Below are positions 30,366-40,198 of a stretch of DNA of 46,900 nucleotides, piece after piece; the stretch's first letter is position 1; each line of letters opens with the position of its first letter. The notes beneath the pieces are model-generated. The model saw nothing but the letters and a program-made list of their open reading frames with translations, had not been told where the DNA came from and searched no databases. Origin of the DNA: an uncultured virus (IMG/VR IMGVR_UViG_3300027861_004723) (Duplodnaviria > Heunggongvirae > Uroviricota > Caudoviricetes); IMG/VR virus record IMGVR_UViG_3300027861_004723; one strand, 5' to 3'. Position numbers and translations under genes: made by a program.

Positions 30366-30779
30366 ATGGGCACAACAACATTGGAAAACTGGAGAGAGGT
30401 TGATTGGGACTTGCTTGATATTCCCCAGCTTGAGTGTATTCAAGCTAAGTTGCTGCGAGAGCGCAGAAAGCTGCAAAAACAAAAAGATAAGGCCCCGCGT
30501 CAGAGGGGCCTTCGTCTGAAGAAACGTCTGGGTACGAACAGGAAACAGCTACAAGGCGTTATCAGCCGTATTTCTAGACATCGTAAAAAGGGTGATCTTC
30601 CTTTTGTCTATAAGAAAGCATTGTGTTTGGCCCTAGCCAGGGGAGAGTTTCCTGATGAGGTTAGGGACTTGTTGGTAAGGGCTAAAAAAGCAAGTAATTC
30701 TAAAATAGATGGCTGGCTTCACGACTTTGTGGAGTATTCCAAACGAAATAACCCAAAACCCTCGGAGGACGAGGATTAA
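30366..30779 (+). CDS. Basic coiled-coil hypothetical protein
   Basis: AGGAGG SD. Confidence 0.75.
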   Translation: MGTTTLENWREVDWDLLDIPQLECIQAKLLRERRKLQKQKDKAPRQRGLRLKKRLGTNRKQLQGVISRISRHRKKGDLPFVYKKALCLALARGEFPDEVRDLLVRAKKASNSKIDGWLHDFVEYSKRNNPKPSEDED

Positions 30780-30780
30780 A

Positions 30781-31097
30781 ATCATGGTCGGTGAGTGAGC
30801 AATCTCTTTCTAGCTCTTGTGAGATACTATTCCGCAGTGGTATCAGTCACGAGAGGCGTAGGCTAAGATAGAAGCATGTGCTTCAGCGTTTTACCTACTT
30901 ATTCCTTCGTAAAATAGCAACAGCAGGATTACCTCCTTTCTTTGCTTGAACGTAGAATAGGGCTCACCAATAGAAGCAAGGGGCTTAGAGTTTAGAGCGG
31001 TTAATAGTTTTTACATTCCTGCCAATGGGCAGATTTGGAACAGGCTATAGCTAAAACAACTAAACTCAGCCCCAGGCTTCGCCTTTACATCGGTGGT
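30781..31097 (+). ncRNA. Candidate ~320-nt structured RNA containing a 16S-3'-end-like anti-SD tract
   Basis: No convincing ORF; stems TCTTGTGA/TCACGAGA, TTGCTT/AAGCAA, GGGGCT(TA)GAGTTTAG/CTAAACTCAGCCCC; GGATTACCTCCTTTCT at 30926-30941. Confidence 0.5.
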
Positions 31098-31102
31098 AAT
31101 AA

Positions 31103-31267
31103 ATGACTGATAATGAACAACTACGAGCCTGGCTCGACAAAGAAAACTGTGATATGGATGCTGTTCGTCGGGCAGTTGAACTGTTGGTAGAAAAACATAA
31201 TCATAGATACCTGCTAAATAAGAAACTTGGAAACCAGCAAGTAGCAGAGAAACTCGGGGAAATTTAG
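31103..31267 (+). CDS. 54-aa hypothetical protein (below the ORF-track cutoff)
   Basis: MTDNEQLRAWLDKENC...; GGTGG SD; abuts the next ATG. Confidence 0.6.
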   Translation: MTDNEQLRAWLDKENCDMDAVRRAVELLVEKHNHRYLLNKKLGNQQVAEKLGEI

Positions 31268-31711
31268 ATGTTTCAAAAAATGTTAAATGATCTTCGGGAG
31301 AGGCGGGCAGACGCCAAATGCGAAGGGCAAACCATCTATTGTCGAGTTTGTGGGCTAGAAGCTCGCTCATTTGATTACTTTGATGATTCTAAACCCTCAC
31401 CCGAACAAACCTGTTATCATTGTTCAGATATGATTAGCAAAGGTTTTAATCCTGAAACAGAGAGCTTTCCTGATTCATGGTTTACCACTAATGGAACAAT
31501 CGAGTTTTCCCAAACACTTACTGGGGAGCAGGCTACAGCCTTTGAAGCTCTGCTAAGAATTGAGTGCAGGCAGGATAGGACCAGCCGAGCCCAAGCCAAG
31601 GAGGGTTCTGGTAATTGTGGTTATCAGTGGTGTAGGGCTAGAGAGCAGCTAAAAGCTGCCTTTGGCGTGGTGGCACCGGCACCCATTGACAGTAGTGGGG
31701 ATCAAGGGTAG
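31268..31711 (+). CDS. Zn-binding hypothetical protein
   Basis: CxxC pairs; C-terminus runs through the promoter at 31686. Confidence 0.7.
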   Translation: MFQKMLNDLRERRADAKCEGQTIYCRVCGLEARSFDYFDDSKPSPEQTCYHCSDMISKGFNPETESFPDSWFTTNGTIEFSQTLTGEQATAFEALLRIECRQDRTSRAQAKEGSGNCGYQWCRAREQLKAAFGVVAPAPIDSSGDQG

Positions 31712-31751
31712 ACTGCTATCTCACGACGGATCAAAGAGAAAAGAGGGTTAC

Positions 31752-32156
31752 ATGGGTTACTGCATGAGCCAGTGCGAGTCAGATTTTTTCGTTCCCGCCG
31801 ATAAGCTGGGCGCGATGGTTGCGGCTATTCAAGCCCTTCACGGCGAGGAAACCATTGGAGACAGTAGCGGACGGCACTTCTCCTGGGTGCCGCAGAATTT
31901 CCACACCATCTCTGATCCAGTCGAGTCTTTGCGGGCGTGGCGCTGGGACGCTGAATTGGACGACGAGGGCAACATCAATGTTCTTTACTTTGGTGGGGAA
32001 AAGGTGGGAGACGAAGACACTTTGTTCTCCGCTATCGCCCCTTTCGTTAAGGCGGGTTCCTACATTGAGATGCAGGGTGAGGAAGGGGAGCGTTGGCGCT
32101 GGCTCTTTGACGGGCAGGAGATGACCGAAAAGAGTGCTACTATTACTTGGGATTAG
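31752..32156 (+). CDS. Conserved phage hypothetical protein (MGY...GEK...IAPFV..GSYIEMQGEEGERWRW)
   Basis: Promoter, GAGG SD, recalled motif. Confidence 0.8.
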   Translation: MGYCMSQCESDFFVPADKLGAMVAAIQALHGEETIGDSSGRHFSWVPQNFHTISDPVESLRAWRWDAELDDEGNINVLYFGGEKVGDEDTLFSAIAPFVKAGSYIEMQGEEGERWRWLFDGQEMTEKSATITWD

Positions 32157-33059
32157 CCTTGACAGTAAGAATTGGAAAGGCTAACATCAGGTTTCCTATG
32201 AGGGGAACATAACATGGACGCACTCTGCAATTCACAAACACAAGAATCTAAAGAAACAACAGAGGCCCAGTCTGCATCCTGGCGAGAAGCCCAGGACGCT
32301 CTAGGTGACTGGCCGGGTTGGGAGTAACTATGGCTTTTTTTGACGTTGACGTTGATGAAACCCGCCACTATCGTATGCGCTACCGCATTGAAGCTGATAG
32401 CCCAGAACAGGCTATTCTTATGGCCGAGGAGGGCAACACTACCCAAGAGTGGGAGGATTCCTTTGAGGGGATTCTAAACCGTGGGGTGGATTCCGAAGTA
32501 ACCCCGATTCCAATGTTTTTTGCGGTAGAGTATGATCTGAGCTACTTTGGTGGCGACTATCATGGTTGTGGGGAAGATGTTTTTCTCCCTGCCGAGGGCC
32601 TGACAGACGAAAACCTACCAGAGAGGTTCCGAGAAAAGACCGGGCACGATCCAGTGCATATTGTTCATTACTGTTTTGACGAGCCAGTAGACGAATCCGG
32701 TGAATCATTAAATGGCTAAATGGACCGCCGCCCCTGATGGTTTGAGTGTTGCCCTTCTTACCACCGAGGAGGATGCAGCTTCTACTCAAGCGCGAGAAAA
32801 CAAAGACCCATCTTGGGCTTATTTCCACGTTGAGCTTGAACTTCTTAGCGATAATTCTGGCACTTGGGCCGCTCATCTAGGCGAACGAATTGGTGATAGG
32901 ATGTGGACTATCCTTAAAGGCGGGGGCTGCTGGTGGTGTGAGAATAAGCGCGATCTAGCAGCTAAGGAAAAGTCCAAGGTGAACCAGAGTTTGAACACCC
33001 ACATCCATTGACAGTAATCCCGTTCCGTGCTACCTTATGGGCAGTAAGAGGAGAGAAAC

Positions 33060-33518
33060 ATGGCGAACAACTATTATCAGGCAACCATGTTGCCCGACAG
33101 CATTAGCCTCAACCCGATGCATCAAGCCTATCTAGCAATGACCGGGGCTAGCTTGGATTCGGAGAGCGATGGTCGTTTCTACGTCTACTGGGAGGAATCT
33201 CTTTCTGAGGAGGTAGACGAGTGGGCTATTGACGACGCATTGGATGAGGGAACGATTACCCAGGAGTTTGCTGACTTTATCAAAAAGAACAACTTTAACG
33301 ATATGATGCGTCATATCTTGATGTATAACCCCGAGGTTACGCATCTTGAGATTTCTGGTGCTTGGACTTGTAGCAAGATGCGGCCCGGTGAGTTTGGTGG
33401 AGCAACTTGTATTGTTTCCCGCACTGAGCATCTTGATATGAACACGGGGTCAGCTTCCTTCAATAAGGAAACTGGTAAGATTGAAGTTAGGTTTAACATT
33501 AGGACTTTTGATGAGTAA
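33060..33518 (+). CDS. Conserved hypothetical protein (TCSKMRPGEFGGA motif)
   Basis: Sub-family C promoter at 33008, GAGGAG SD. Confidence 0.8.
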   Translation: MANNYYQATMLPDSISLNPMHQAYLAMTGASLDSESDGRFYVYWEESLSEEVDEWAIDDALDEGTITQEFADFIKKNNFNDMMRHILMYNPEVTHLEISGAWTCSKMRPGEFGGATCIVSRTEHLDMNTGSASFNKETGKIEVRFNIRTFDE

Positions 33519-34190
33519 CCCTCTGACCATAGTTCTCCACAAAGACCTAACCCCGCACCAAATCGCAACAAGTCTTCGTATTTTTGCCGGTATCATGGAA
33601 CAAAGTGATACTCAAGATGAGGCCCGTAAACAGCTAAAACTGTTGGCTGATATGATTGGGGAAACTCCTGCGGCGAAAAAGCTGTTAGACGAAATGAGTG
33701 CAGGAGAAAAGCAAAAGCGTAGAATCCTCATTTCCGACGAGGAAAGTGATAATATCAATCGGTTGGTAGAGCCCTTTGTTAAGGCAGAACGCCAGGTAAA
33801 TCACCACCCAACTACGGTTGGAATGACTGAGCGCGGAGTCGTTATCACCCTGCATGATGCCAGTAAGATTCTAGTTCGCACATATCAGCCAGGGGAGAAG
33901 ATCCCGCAAGGATAGAAATGAGAAACGTGAGTAAGCCGACTGCGGAGGATTACGCCGAAGCTGGTAAAAATCAGCCTAAGATTGTGGCCCAGGAGAACCC
34001 TCGCCCGATATTCCAAAAGAGCATTAGGCGGAAGGATCCAATCACCCGAAAACTTTCTAGGGTTCTAGTAGGAAAGCGCGTTCAGGGTTTTTACGATGCG
34101 GGTGGAAATCTGCGGGTGGAAATCTGAAGACACGACAAATGTTTGACAGACAAGTGGCTCTAAGAGGTCTTAGAGGCAGGAGGTGGTATC

Positions 34191-35345
34191 ATGCCCCTAA
34201 ATGTACAGAAGTATCTGCGTGATGGGGGCACCCTAGAGGGGCTTACTGAGGATCTTGGTATCCGCATCCATCATCATTCCGAGCTACCCCTTGTGGGATT
34301 TAGCTATAGCCAAATCGACAGCCCTAAGACGAACAACATCGTACGTGAGAGCCGGGGCCTTACTCTGGAAAAAGGCTCCTGGCGTATTGTCGCTAAGGCT
34401 TTCAACCGCTTCTTCCGTCTAGGAGAGTTTGCGGAGGAGTACGAAACTTTCAACTGGAGCGATTTTGATTGCTATACCAAGGCTGATGGTAGCCTAGTAT
34501 TGGTCTATAACTATCAGGGAAAGTGGTATGCCAAGACTCGTGGTAGTTTTGGAGGCGGCGAGGTTCCAAACAATCTGCCTGATTACTCCCCCAGTTTCAG
34601 TGAGTTGTTCTGGGACATCATGAAGGATAAGGGCATTGATCTTAGCAAGGTTTTGGATCCTGCTAACACCTATGTTTTCGAGATGTGCAGCAAGTTTAAC
34701 AAGGTTGTTCGGCTTTACGAAAAGCCTACTGCCTACCTACTTGCTGTTTTTAACAACGAGACTGCAAAGGAGCTTGCTCATGATTCCGTGGATACCCTTT
34801 CTGTGGAAGCTGGCCTGGATCGAGTGGAGCGATTCCACTTTACCTCTCTTGGGGAGGTCCAGGCTTATATGAAGCAGCAAGAGGATGCGGACCCCACTTA
34901 TGAGGGGGTTATCGTTTGCGACGACAAGCTGTTGCGCTTCAAGGTAAAGAGTATCACTTATGATGCCCTGCATCATATGTTTGATAACGGAAACATCTAT
35001 AACCCGAAGCGCCTTGTTCCTTGGGCTCTGAACCCTGATCCTAGCACTCTGCTAGAAACATACCCAGAGGTAAAGGAGCACCTTGATGCTGTTAAGGGCA
35101 AGGTAGACGAGTCTTACGACCAGCTACTAAAGGTCTGGAAAGAGCACCACAAGATTGAGGAGCAACGGACATTCGCCCAGGCTATTAAGGGCAAGACACC
35201 TTTCATGGGTCTACTGTTTGCCCTTCGTAAGAAGACTGGTATCCGAGGCCCTGGCGGGTTCGCCCCTGGCGAACAAACCGAGGAGCAGCTTTATACTCTT
35301 TGGCGTGATAGCGTGGACGGGATTGTTAAGGTTCTGTTCAAGTGA
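34191..35345 (+). CDS. T4 Rnl1-type RNA ligase
   Basis: RESRGL, FNRFF, motif I KADGS, FE, motif IV YEGVIV, motif V KVKSITY; AGGAGG SD. Confidence 0.9.
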   Translation: MPLNVQKYLRDGGTLEGLTEDLGIRIHHHSELPLVGFSYSQIDSPKTNNIVRESRGLTLEKGSWRIVAKAFNRFFRLGEFAEEYETFNWSDFDCYTKADGSLVLVYNYQGKWYAKTRGSFGGGEVPNNLPDYSPSFSELFWDIMKDKGIDLSKVLDPANTYVFEMCSKFNKVVRLYEKPTAYLLAVFNNETAKELAHDSVDTLSVEAGLDRVERFHFTSLGEVQAYMKQQEDADPTYEGVIVCDDKLLRFKVKSITYDALHHMFDNGNIYNPKRLVPWALNPDPSTLLETYPEVKEHLDAVKGKVDESYDQLLKVWKEHHKIEEQRTFAQAIKGKTPFMGLLFALRKKTGIRGPGGFAPGEQTEEQLYTLWRDSVDGIVKVLFK

Positions 35346-35798
35346 AACAAGTCCGTGACGAAATTGATAGCGCCCATAGTGATCCTATGGGCGCTATCGC
35401 TTCCGAGCATTGGTGTCCAGTGCTTAGTTACATAGTCTTGAATCCAGAACTAATGTCTCCTGATGTATGGCATCGGGCAGGGCGGTTTCTTGGTCATGGA
35501 GCGGGGTGGCCTTTTATCCCTGTAAGGTACGGCGTTCTCTTTACACTAATAGAAGATGAGGATAAGATATGAAAACCGGAATTATCAGTGACCACCCATA
35601 CTACAAAAAGTTGGTTGAAGCATTCATTGTGGAGAGGGGTCGTCCTCCCAATGACCTAGACAAATTGTCTCTGCAAAAGGATTTTGAAATCCAGCTTTTG
35701 ATTGGAATCCAGCAACGTCTTGACCGTATTGAAGATAGGATTATTAGGATTGAACCAAAATAAAACGGCCAACGAAAAAGCGATGAAGGGGATACCAG

Positions 35799-36040
35799 AT
35801 GGGTAGTGCTAGTGGACGATAGAATGCCCTAAGTGCGAGTATGCAGAAGCATATTCGGATAGTTATTACAAAGAGGGCTCCCTTTACATAGAGTGCCCCA
35901 AATGTCGATACAGCTATTCGCGAACTAGAATACTAGCTCCCGAGGGTAGCGAAGATTACTTTCTGGGCGACGGTAGCCAAGATGACCACTTTGAAATCGA
36001 AGAGGGTTATCGGTCTGAAAGTAAGGCTCTTGATCCTTAA
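35799..36040 (+). pseudogene. Frameshifted Zn-ribbon protein gene
   Basis: SD + ATG GGT AGT GCT AGT GGA stops at codon 8; the -1 frame continues IECPKC...YYK...CPKC to TAA 36040 and has no start of its own. Confidence 0.55.
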
Positions 36041-36063
36041 AACGGCTGTGATACTATTTCTGT

Positions 36064-36933
36064 ATGAAATATACAACCGTAAGAGAGTCCCGACTCGACA
36101 CCACCAAAAAGTTCGTTTTTAGCGTTAAAAATCAAGAAGTTGAGTTTAGCTACATACATAAAAACGATGGTAAAGACATCATCGTTTGCCCTACGCAGAC
36201 ATCCTGCAAAATGGGATGCACCTTTTGCTTCCTAACAGGAATGGATCTTCCTGTAGTCAATCTAACCGCAGAGGATATTGCTACTGGAGTGCAGGCTGTT
36301 GTAGAGAAAGCTGGGTTGCCAGAATCACCGGAATTGCTACTATCCTTTATGGGTGCTGGCGAGCCCCTACTAAACTATAAGCACGTAATAAACGGCTGCA
36401 AAAAGGTGTGCCAGACAGCGCAATCGCACGTCGGATATAAGACTCTGCGTTTCGCTATAGCGACTATGATTCCAAGCTCTGCTTTAATGCGAGGGTTTAC
36501 GGAGGCATCTAAGCTGTTTAATTTTAAGGTCCACTTATCATTGCATAGCCCCTTTGACGACGTTCGCCGCAAGATGATGCCGCAGGCTGTGCTGGTAAAA
36601 GAGAGCCTAGAGCTTCTGCGTGAGCATAAGGCTTATACAGGCCATGATATAGAGATTCATTACACTTTGATTGATGGGTTTAATGATAGAGACGAAGACC
36701 TTGAGAAATTGTTAAAACTTCTTGACGCTGATACTCCCATTAAGTTTCTCGATTTTAAGGCCAAGCCCGGAACAACAATGCGTAAATCTAGTCGTGTAGA
36801 TGAGTTTAGAGATGCACTAGAGAACGCGGGAATCATAACAGAGTTTTACAATCCCCCTGGATCTGATATTGGCAGTAGTTGCGGACAGTTTGAAAGAAAA
36901 GTGATTCCGCTGGCAAAAACTGCTGTATCTTGA
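36064..36933 (+). CDS. RlmN/Cfr-family radical SAM RNA methyltransferase, N-terminally truncated
   Basis: CKMGCTFC, FMGAGEP, LSLH, C-terminal DIGSSCGQ. Confidence 0.88.
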   Translation: MKYTTVRESRLDTTKKFVFSVKNQEVEFSYIHKNDGKDIIVCPTQTSCKMGCTFCFLTGMDLPVVNLTAEDIATGVQAVVEKAGLPESPELLLSFMGAGEPLLNYKHVINGCKKVCQTAQSHVGYKTLRFAIATMIPSSALMRGFTEASKLFNFKVHLSLHSPFDDVRRKMMPQAVLVKESLELLREHKAYTGHDIEIHYTLIDGFNDRDEDLEKLLKLLDADTPIKFLDFKAKPGTTMRKSSRVDEFRDALENAGIITEFYNPPGSDIGSSCGQFERKVIPLAKTAVS

Positions 36934-37964
36934 CAGAATAAGGGAATCGGTTATCATCATTCGCAATGAAGATTGAAAACTGGGGCGACGTTCCTGATGG
37001 AGCGAGGGTTATTGAGGACACCTACAACGAGGTTTATACCATCTTTACCCGTAGAGGGCAAAAGTGGCTTAGGCAGACTGGTTGGTGTGGTGGAAGAAAT
37101 AATCCACCTATTCCCGAAAACAGTGAACGATTTATTGACTTTGAGCCTAATGCTTTTATGGATCAGCCTTGGTATAGGATTGACTAATGAAGTTTCGAGA
37201 CACTAATATCAGCCAAAGCAATCTTACTGATTTCCTTGATCGGATTCGTAAGGAAGAAATCACAGAGGAAGTTGCTCTTTGTGAGATTATTTCCCGGCGA
37301 GAGGGTTTGGAGCTAACCTTGCTTGAGGCCGAGGAGCTACTTGCTAGGGCAGAGGACATTTATGTTCTGGAGGAGATGGCTGATAAGTATGACCAGCCGG
37401 ATTCTTCGGCTAAACCTTTGCTTGATACAATCAAAGAGGGCAGGGGTTGGGGTTGGTCCCCGGAAAAAGAGTCTGTAGGGTCTGGGTCTGGAGTTGGTAA
37501 ATGCTCTGACCCGGAGCATCCCCAGGATGATCACACCTGCCAGTGGCGGAAAAGTTGATATGAAACACAAACACGAAAACGACACCCGCGTTGAGTTTAT
37601 TCCTGATCCTCGCCGGGATGATCCCGAGGAGGGCCATACCGGCAAGGTGATTTACTACACCACCGATGGCTGGCATCGTCTTACGTGGGATGAGCCGAAT
37701 CCCAATCCTGATTTCTTCAACACCGAGCGCGTGTTCAAGCCAGAGCAGTTGAGGGCGCTGCGTAGAGTAATTGAGGCTACATCCACTATCATTGTTCACC
37801 CCCATCCTGGGGAGGGCGATGATGAGGCTATCAGCCGATTCCTTAGTGAGAACGGTGCTATTGAGTTCTTCGACGTTACTAATACGTGGGAGGAGTGGGA
37901 GTAAGCCTTGACAGGTTTCTGGAACTAAGGTAGCCTCTTAGGCATAGACCAACAGGAGCTAACC

Positions 37965-38351
37965 ATGCGCCGCAGCCAGAAAATTGAAAAGATCATCAAG
38001 GGTTTGCGCGAGCCTACTCCTGAGTCGGGTGTGGTGCGTGACGCAATCCTGCTTTTGCAGCGGGAGTTTGACAAATCCCATGCGGAGGAGTTTGAGCCCC
38101 GTGCGGGATGGGAATGTCCAGACCCAGAGCATGAGAAATGGTATGGGAAGCCCTATGAAGGCCCTACATCTCCTGATGGAGTTTGTGTTTACTACTCTCA
38201 GGCAGGCCGGGATGAGCACGCAGGAAAGCGTGTTGTTCGTCTAAAAATCGGAGCGGATTGGGTGATTCACCCTCTACCCGATGATCACGACGAGGGTGGT
38301 GAGAGCGAAGATTGGTGTGTCTTTTGTGGTCAGCCGGATGAGCGAAAGTAA
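37965..38351 (+). CDS. Hypothetical protein (CVFCGQPDERK C-terminus)
   Basis: Promoter at 37908, AGGAG SD. Confidence 0.75.
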   Translation: MRRSQKIEKIIKGLREPTPESGVVRDAILLLQREFDKSHAEEFEPRAGWECPDPEHEKWYGKPYEGPTSPDGVCVYYSQAGRDEHAGKRVVRLKIGADWVIHPLPDDHDEGGESEDWCVFCGQPDERK

Positions 38352-38678
38352 TGAGTAAAGAGAAACAGAAAACACCAAAGGCCCCTACGCCTAAAACACC
38401 AAAGCGTAAGCACAAGCATCCTGCGCGTGAAGACCCTAACGGGCCATTTGCGCCGCGAGCTACCACTAAAGACCTTGACGCAACTAAGTGCGTGGCTGCA
38501 CAACTAGGTGCTGTAGGTAATGAGCGCCAATGCGGAAGGGCTCGTGTTGATGGTGAGTGGTGCAAATGGCACGGACCTACCCACAGAGCCGAACAGAAAA
38601 CTTTGTCAGCTAACTCTGCGGCGTCTATTGACAGTGCCGCAAAAACAGGCTAAACTGGCCCTAACACGAAACAAAAGG

Positions 38679-39022
38679 AGGTAGTTACGAGCTTTGAACT
38701 TTGATCTTAGAGACAGGGATTAGTGCCCTGCGTGCTGATTATCCGAGGGTCGGATGGCAAGACGCCACTCTTAATAAGTGGTAACACTGGGTTCGATTCC
38801 CAGTCGGAACAAGTAATCAGTCCAGTGATTGAGAATATGTTATATTAAAGTTATTACTCAACACTGTTAGTTCTTGAAAGTATAAGATATTTACTACTAT
38901 GGACCTAGACTTGACCTAGACTTGCGGCCACCATGCCATTACGCCTAGCATAAAAGACTCCATAATAAATATAGAAATAAGAACTAAGCTCTAAGATCAA
39001 AGTTCAAGGCTCGAAACTACCT
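38679..39022 (+). ncRNA. ~345-nt multibranch RNA closed by a 34-bp inverted repeat, with an embedded tRNA-like (UAA) branch
   Basis: Arms 38679-38712 and 38989-39022 (32/34 Watson-Crick + one G-U); promoter 38628-38656; internal helices tile the interval. Confidence 0.75.
38740..38811 (+). tRNA. Degenerate tRNA-like domain, anticodon TAA, short variable loop
   Basis: D GTC/GAC, CCACT-CTTAATA-AGTGG, CTGGG-TTCGATT-CCCAG; acceptor only 5 bp (TCCGA/TCGGA). Confidence 0.55.
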
Positions 39023-39068
39023 ACCACACAAACCTGTTACGAAATCCAAAAGAGAAACTGAGAACATC

Positions 39069-40148
39069 ATGCCTGGTATCCTGATTGACTGGAAGCCCAC
39101 CAAGCCGCTTTCCGAGTATTCGGATGTCGAGCTTCGCCAGACTCCCCCTTACAAGCAGATTACTGCTTACGCGCAAATCGATGACCACTATGGTCTGCGG
39201 CTGACGCGAGACTGTATCACACAGTTGGAGCAGGCTCTTGCCGAGGAAGCTAGGATTGAGGATAACTTGAAGGCCGAGCCTGATATTAGTCTTTTTCCGT
39301 ATGAGAACGCTAGTCGCCGCACTAAGCAGCGGTGGAGCGCCCATATCACTGGACGTTGCAACCTTACCTGCCGTTTCTGTCGGCGTGAAGATTCACAGTT
39401 CCATCAGTGGGGGGATACGGGAGATGTCTCTCTGGAGACGGGAGATGTCTCTCTTGCAGGAGCATGTTTGCTTTGCGGGGATCAGAACGCCGCGTTCTGC
39501 GGTGACCATATCACTGGTGTTACTACTACCCAAGCGGCTACTGCCGAGATTGTTGAGGCCGAGGTGGACGAGGTGATGACTGCTGACGAGGTTCTTACCG
39601 AGGTTGTTGCTGACGAACTTTGGGATGCTGCACAGCTTGTTGCTGCTACCAAGGCTAAGGTCGAGATCAATCAGGAGGCTCTGATTCAGGGCATGTTGGT
39701 CTGGCACCGTTTCGGCCACTACCCTTGTATCTTGCTTGAGGATATGAGCAATGGATTCTGGATGATCCAGACTAAGGATGGGGATATTGAGCGCCAGGTG
39801 CGCGGTGCTATCCTGACTCCTGTTAAGCCGAACATCTTCAAGCGGGTTTGGGCTAGCCTCAAGCATCGCAAAGAGGAGAAGCAGGAGCAAGCTGCGGAAG
39901 CGGCTTTCCAGACTGCTAGGTTGCCACGCTCTGCTCATGGTGGTGGTAGTATTGTCCTCCAAGGCGGTTATGGTGGCACCACCGGAAACAGTGGGCCTGT
40001 AACTGTCAAGGGTGGTAACAACACCGAAGCCAAGCCGAAGCCAAGCCGGAAGATGCGTTATGCACTTTTGGCGGTCACTGCAACGGCTTTGACTGCGGTT
40101 GCTGTGCAACCCGAGCTTCTCGCCACCCTTACCAGTCTTATCTGGTAA
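39069..40148 (+). CDS. Multi-domain hypothetical protein: Zn-finger-like region, acidic linker, C-terminal membrane anchor
   Basis: 359-aa ORF; CxxC motifs; internal GDVSL repeat; hydrophobic C-terminus. Confidence 0.8.
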   Translation: MPGILIDWKPTKPLSEYSDVELRQTPPYKQITAYAQIDDHYGLRLTRDCITQLEQALAEEARIEDNLKAEPDISLFPYENASRRTKQRWSAHITGRCNLTCRFCRREDSQFHQWGDTGDVSLETGDVSLAGACLLCGDQNAAFCGDHITGVTTTQAATAEIVEAEVDEVMTADEVLTEVVADELWDAAQLVAATKAKVEINQEALIQGMLVWHRFGHYPCILLEDMSNGFWMIQTKDGDIERQVRGAILTPVKPNIFKRVWASLKHRKEEKQEQAAEAAFQTARLPRSAHGGGSIVLQGGYGGTTGNSGPVTVKGGNNTEAKPKPSRKMRYALLAVTATALTAVAVQPELLATLTSLIW

Positions 40149-40168
40149 GGTAGACAACTTTTCTTTCT

Positions 40169-40198
40169 GATACTCCCTGGATTAGTCCAGGGAGTATC
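40169..40198. other. Perfect 13-bp hairpin
   Basis: GATACTCCCTGGA-TTAG-TCCAGGGAGTATC; no downstream U tract on either strand. Confidence 0.7.

Noticed and set aside
30979..31072. tmRNA (GGGGCTGA start on the minus strand)
   Set aside because: No T arm or CCA end and no tag ORF; it is one arm of a long hairpin
8759..38937. GCCACCATG as a Kozak sequence (eukaryotic virus)
   Set aside because: Context is bacterial promoters and SD sites; one copy has ACG and none opens a real ORF
38679..39022. MITE or retron msr-msd
   Set aside because: No target-site duplication, second copy, transposase or reverse transcriptase in the window; the interior folds as RNA with G-U pairs
39393..40157. 254-aa minus-strand ORF and other long antisense ORFs (e.g. 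7104..7646, 7926..8438, 23791..24312, 43014..43241)
   Set aside because: Shadows of + strand genes or tRNAs, without SD or promoter support
40169..40198. Intrinsic terminator
   Set aside because: Perfect hairpin, but the U tract lies upstream on the + strand, so it fits neither orientation
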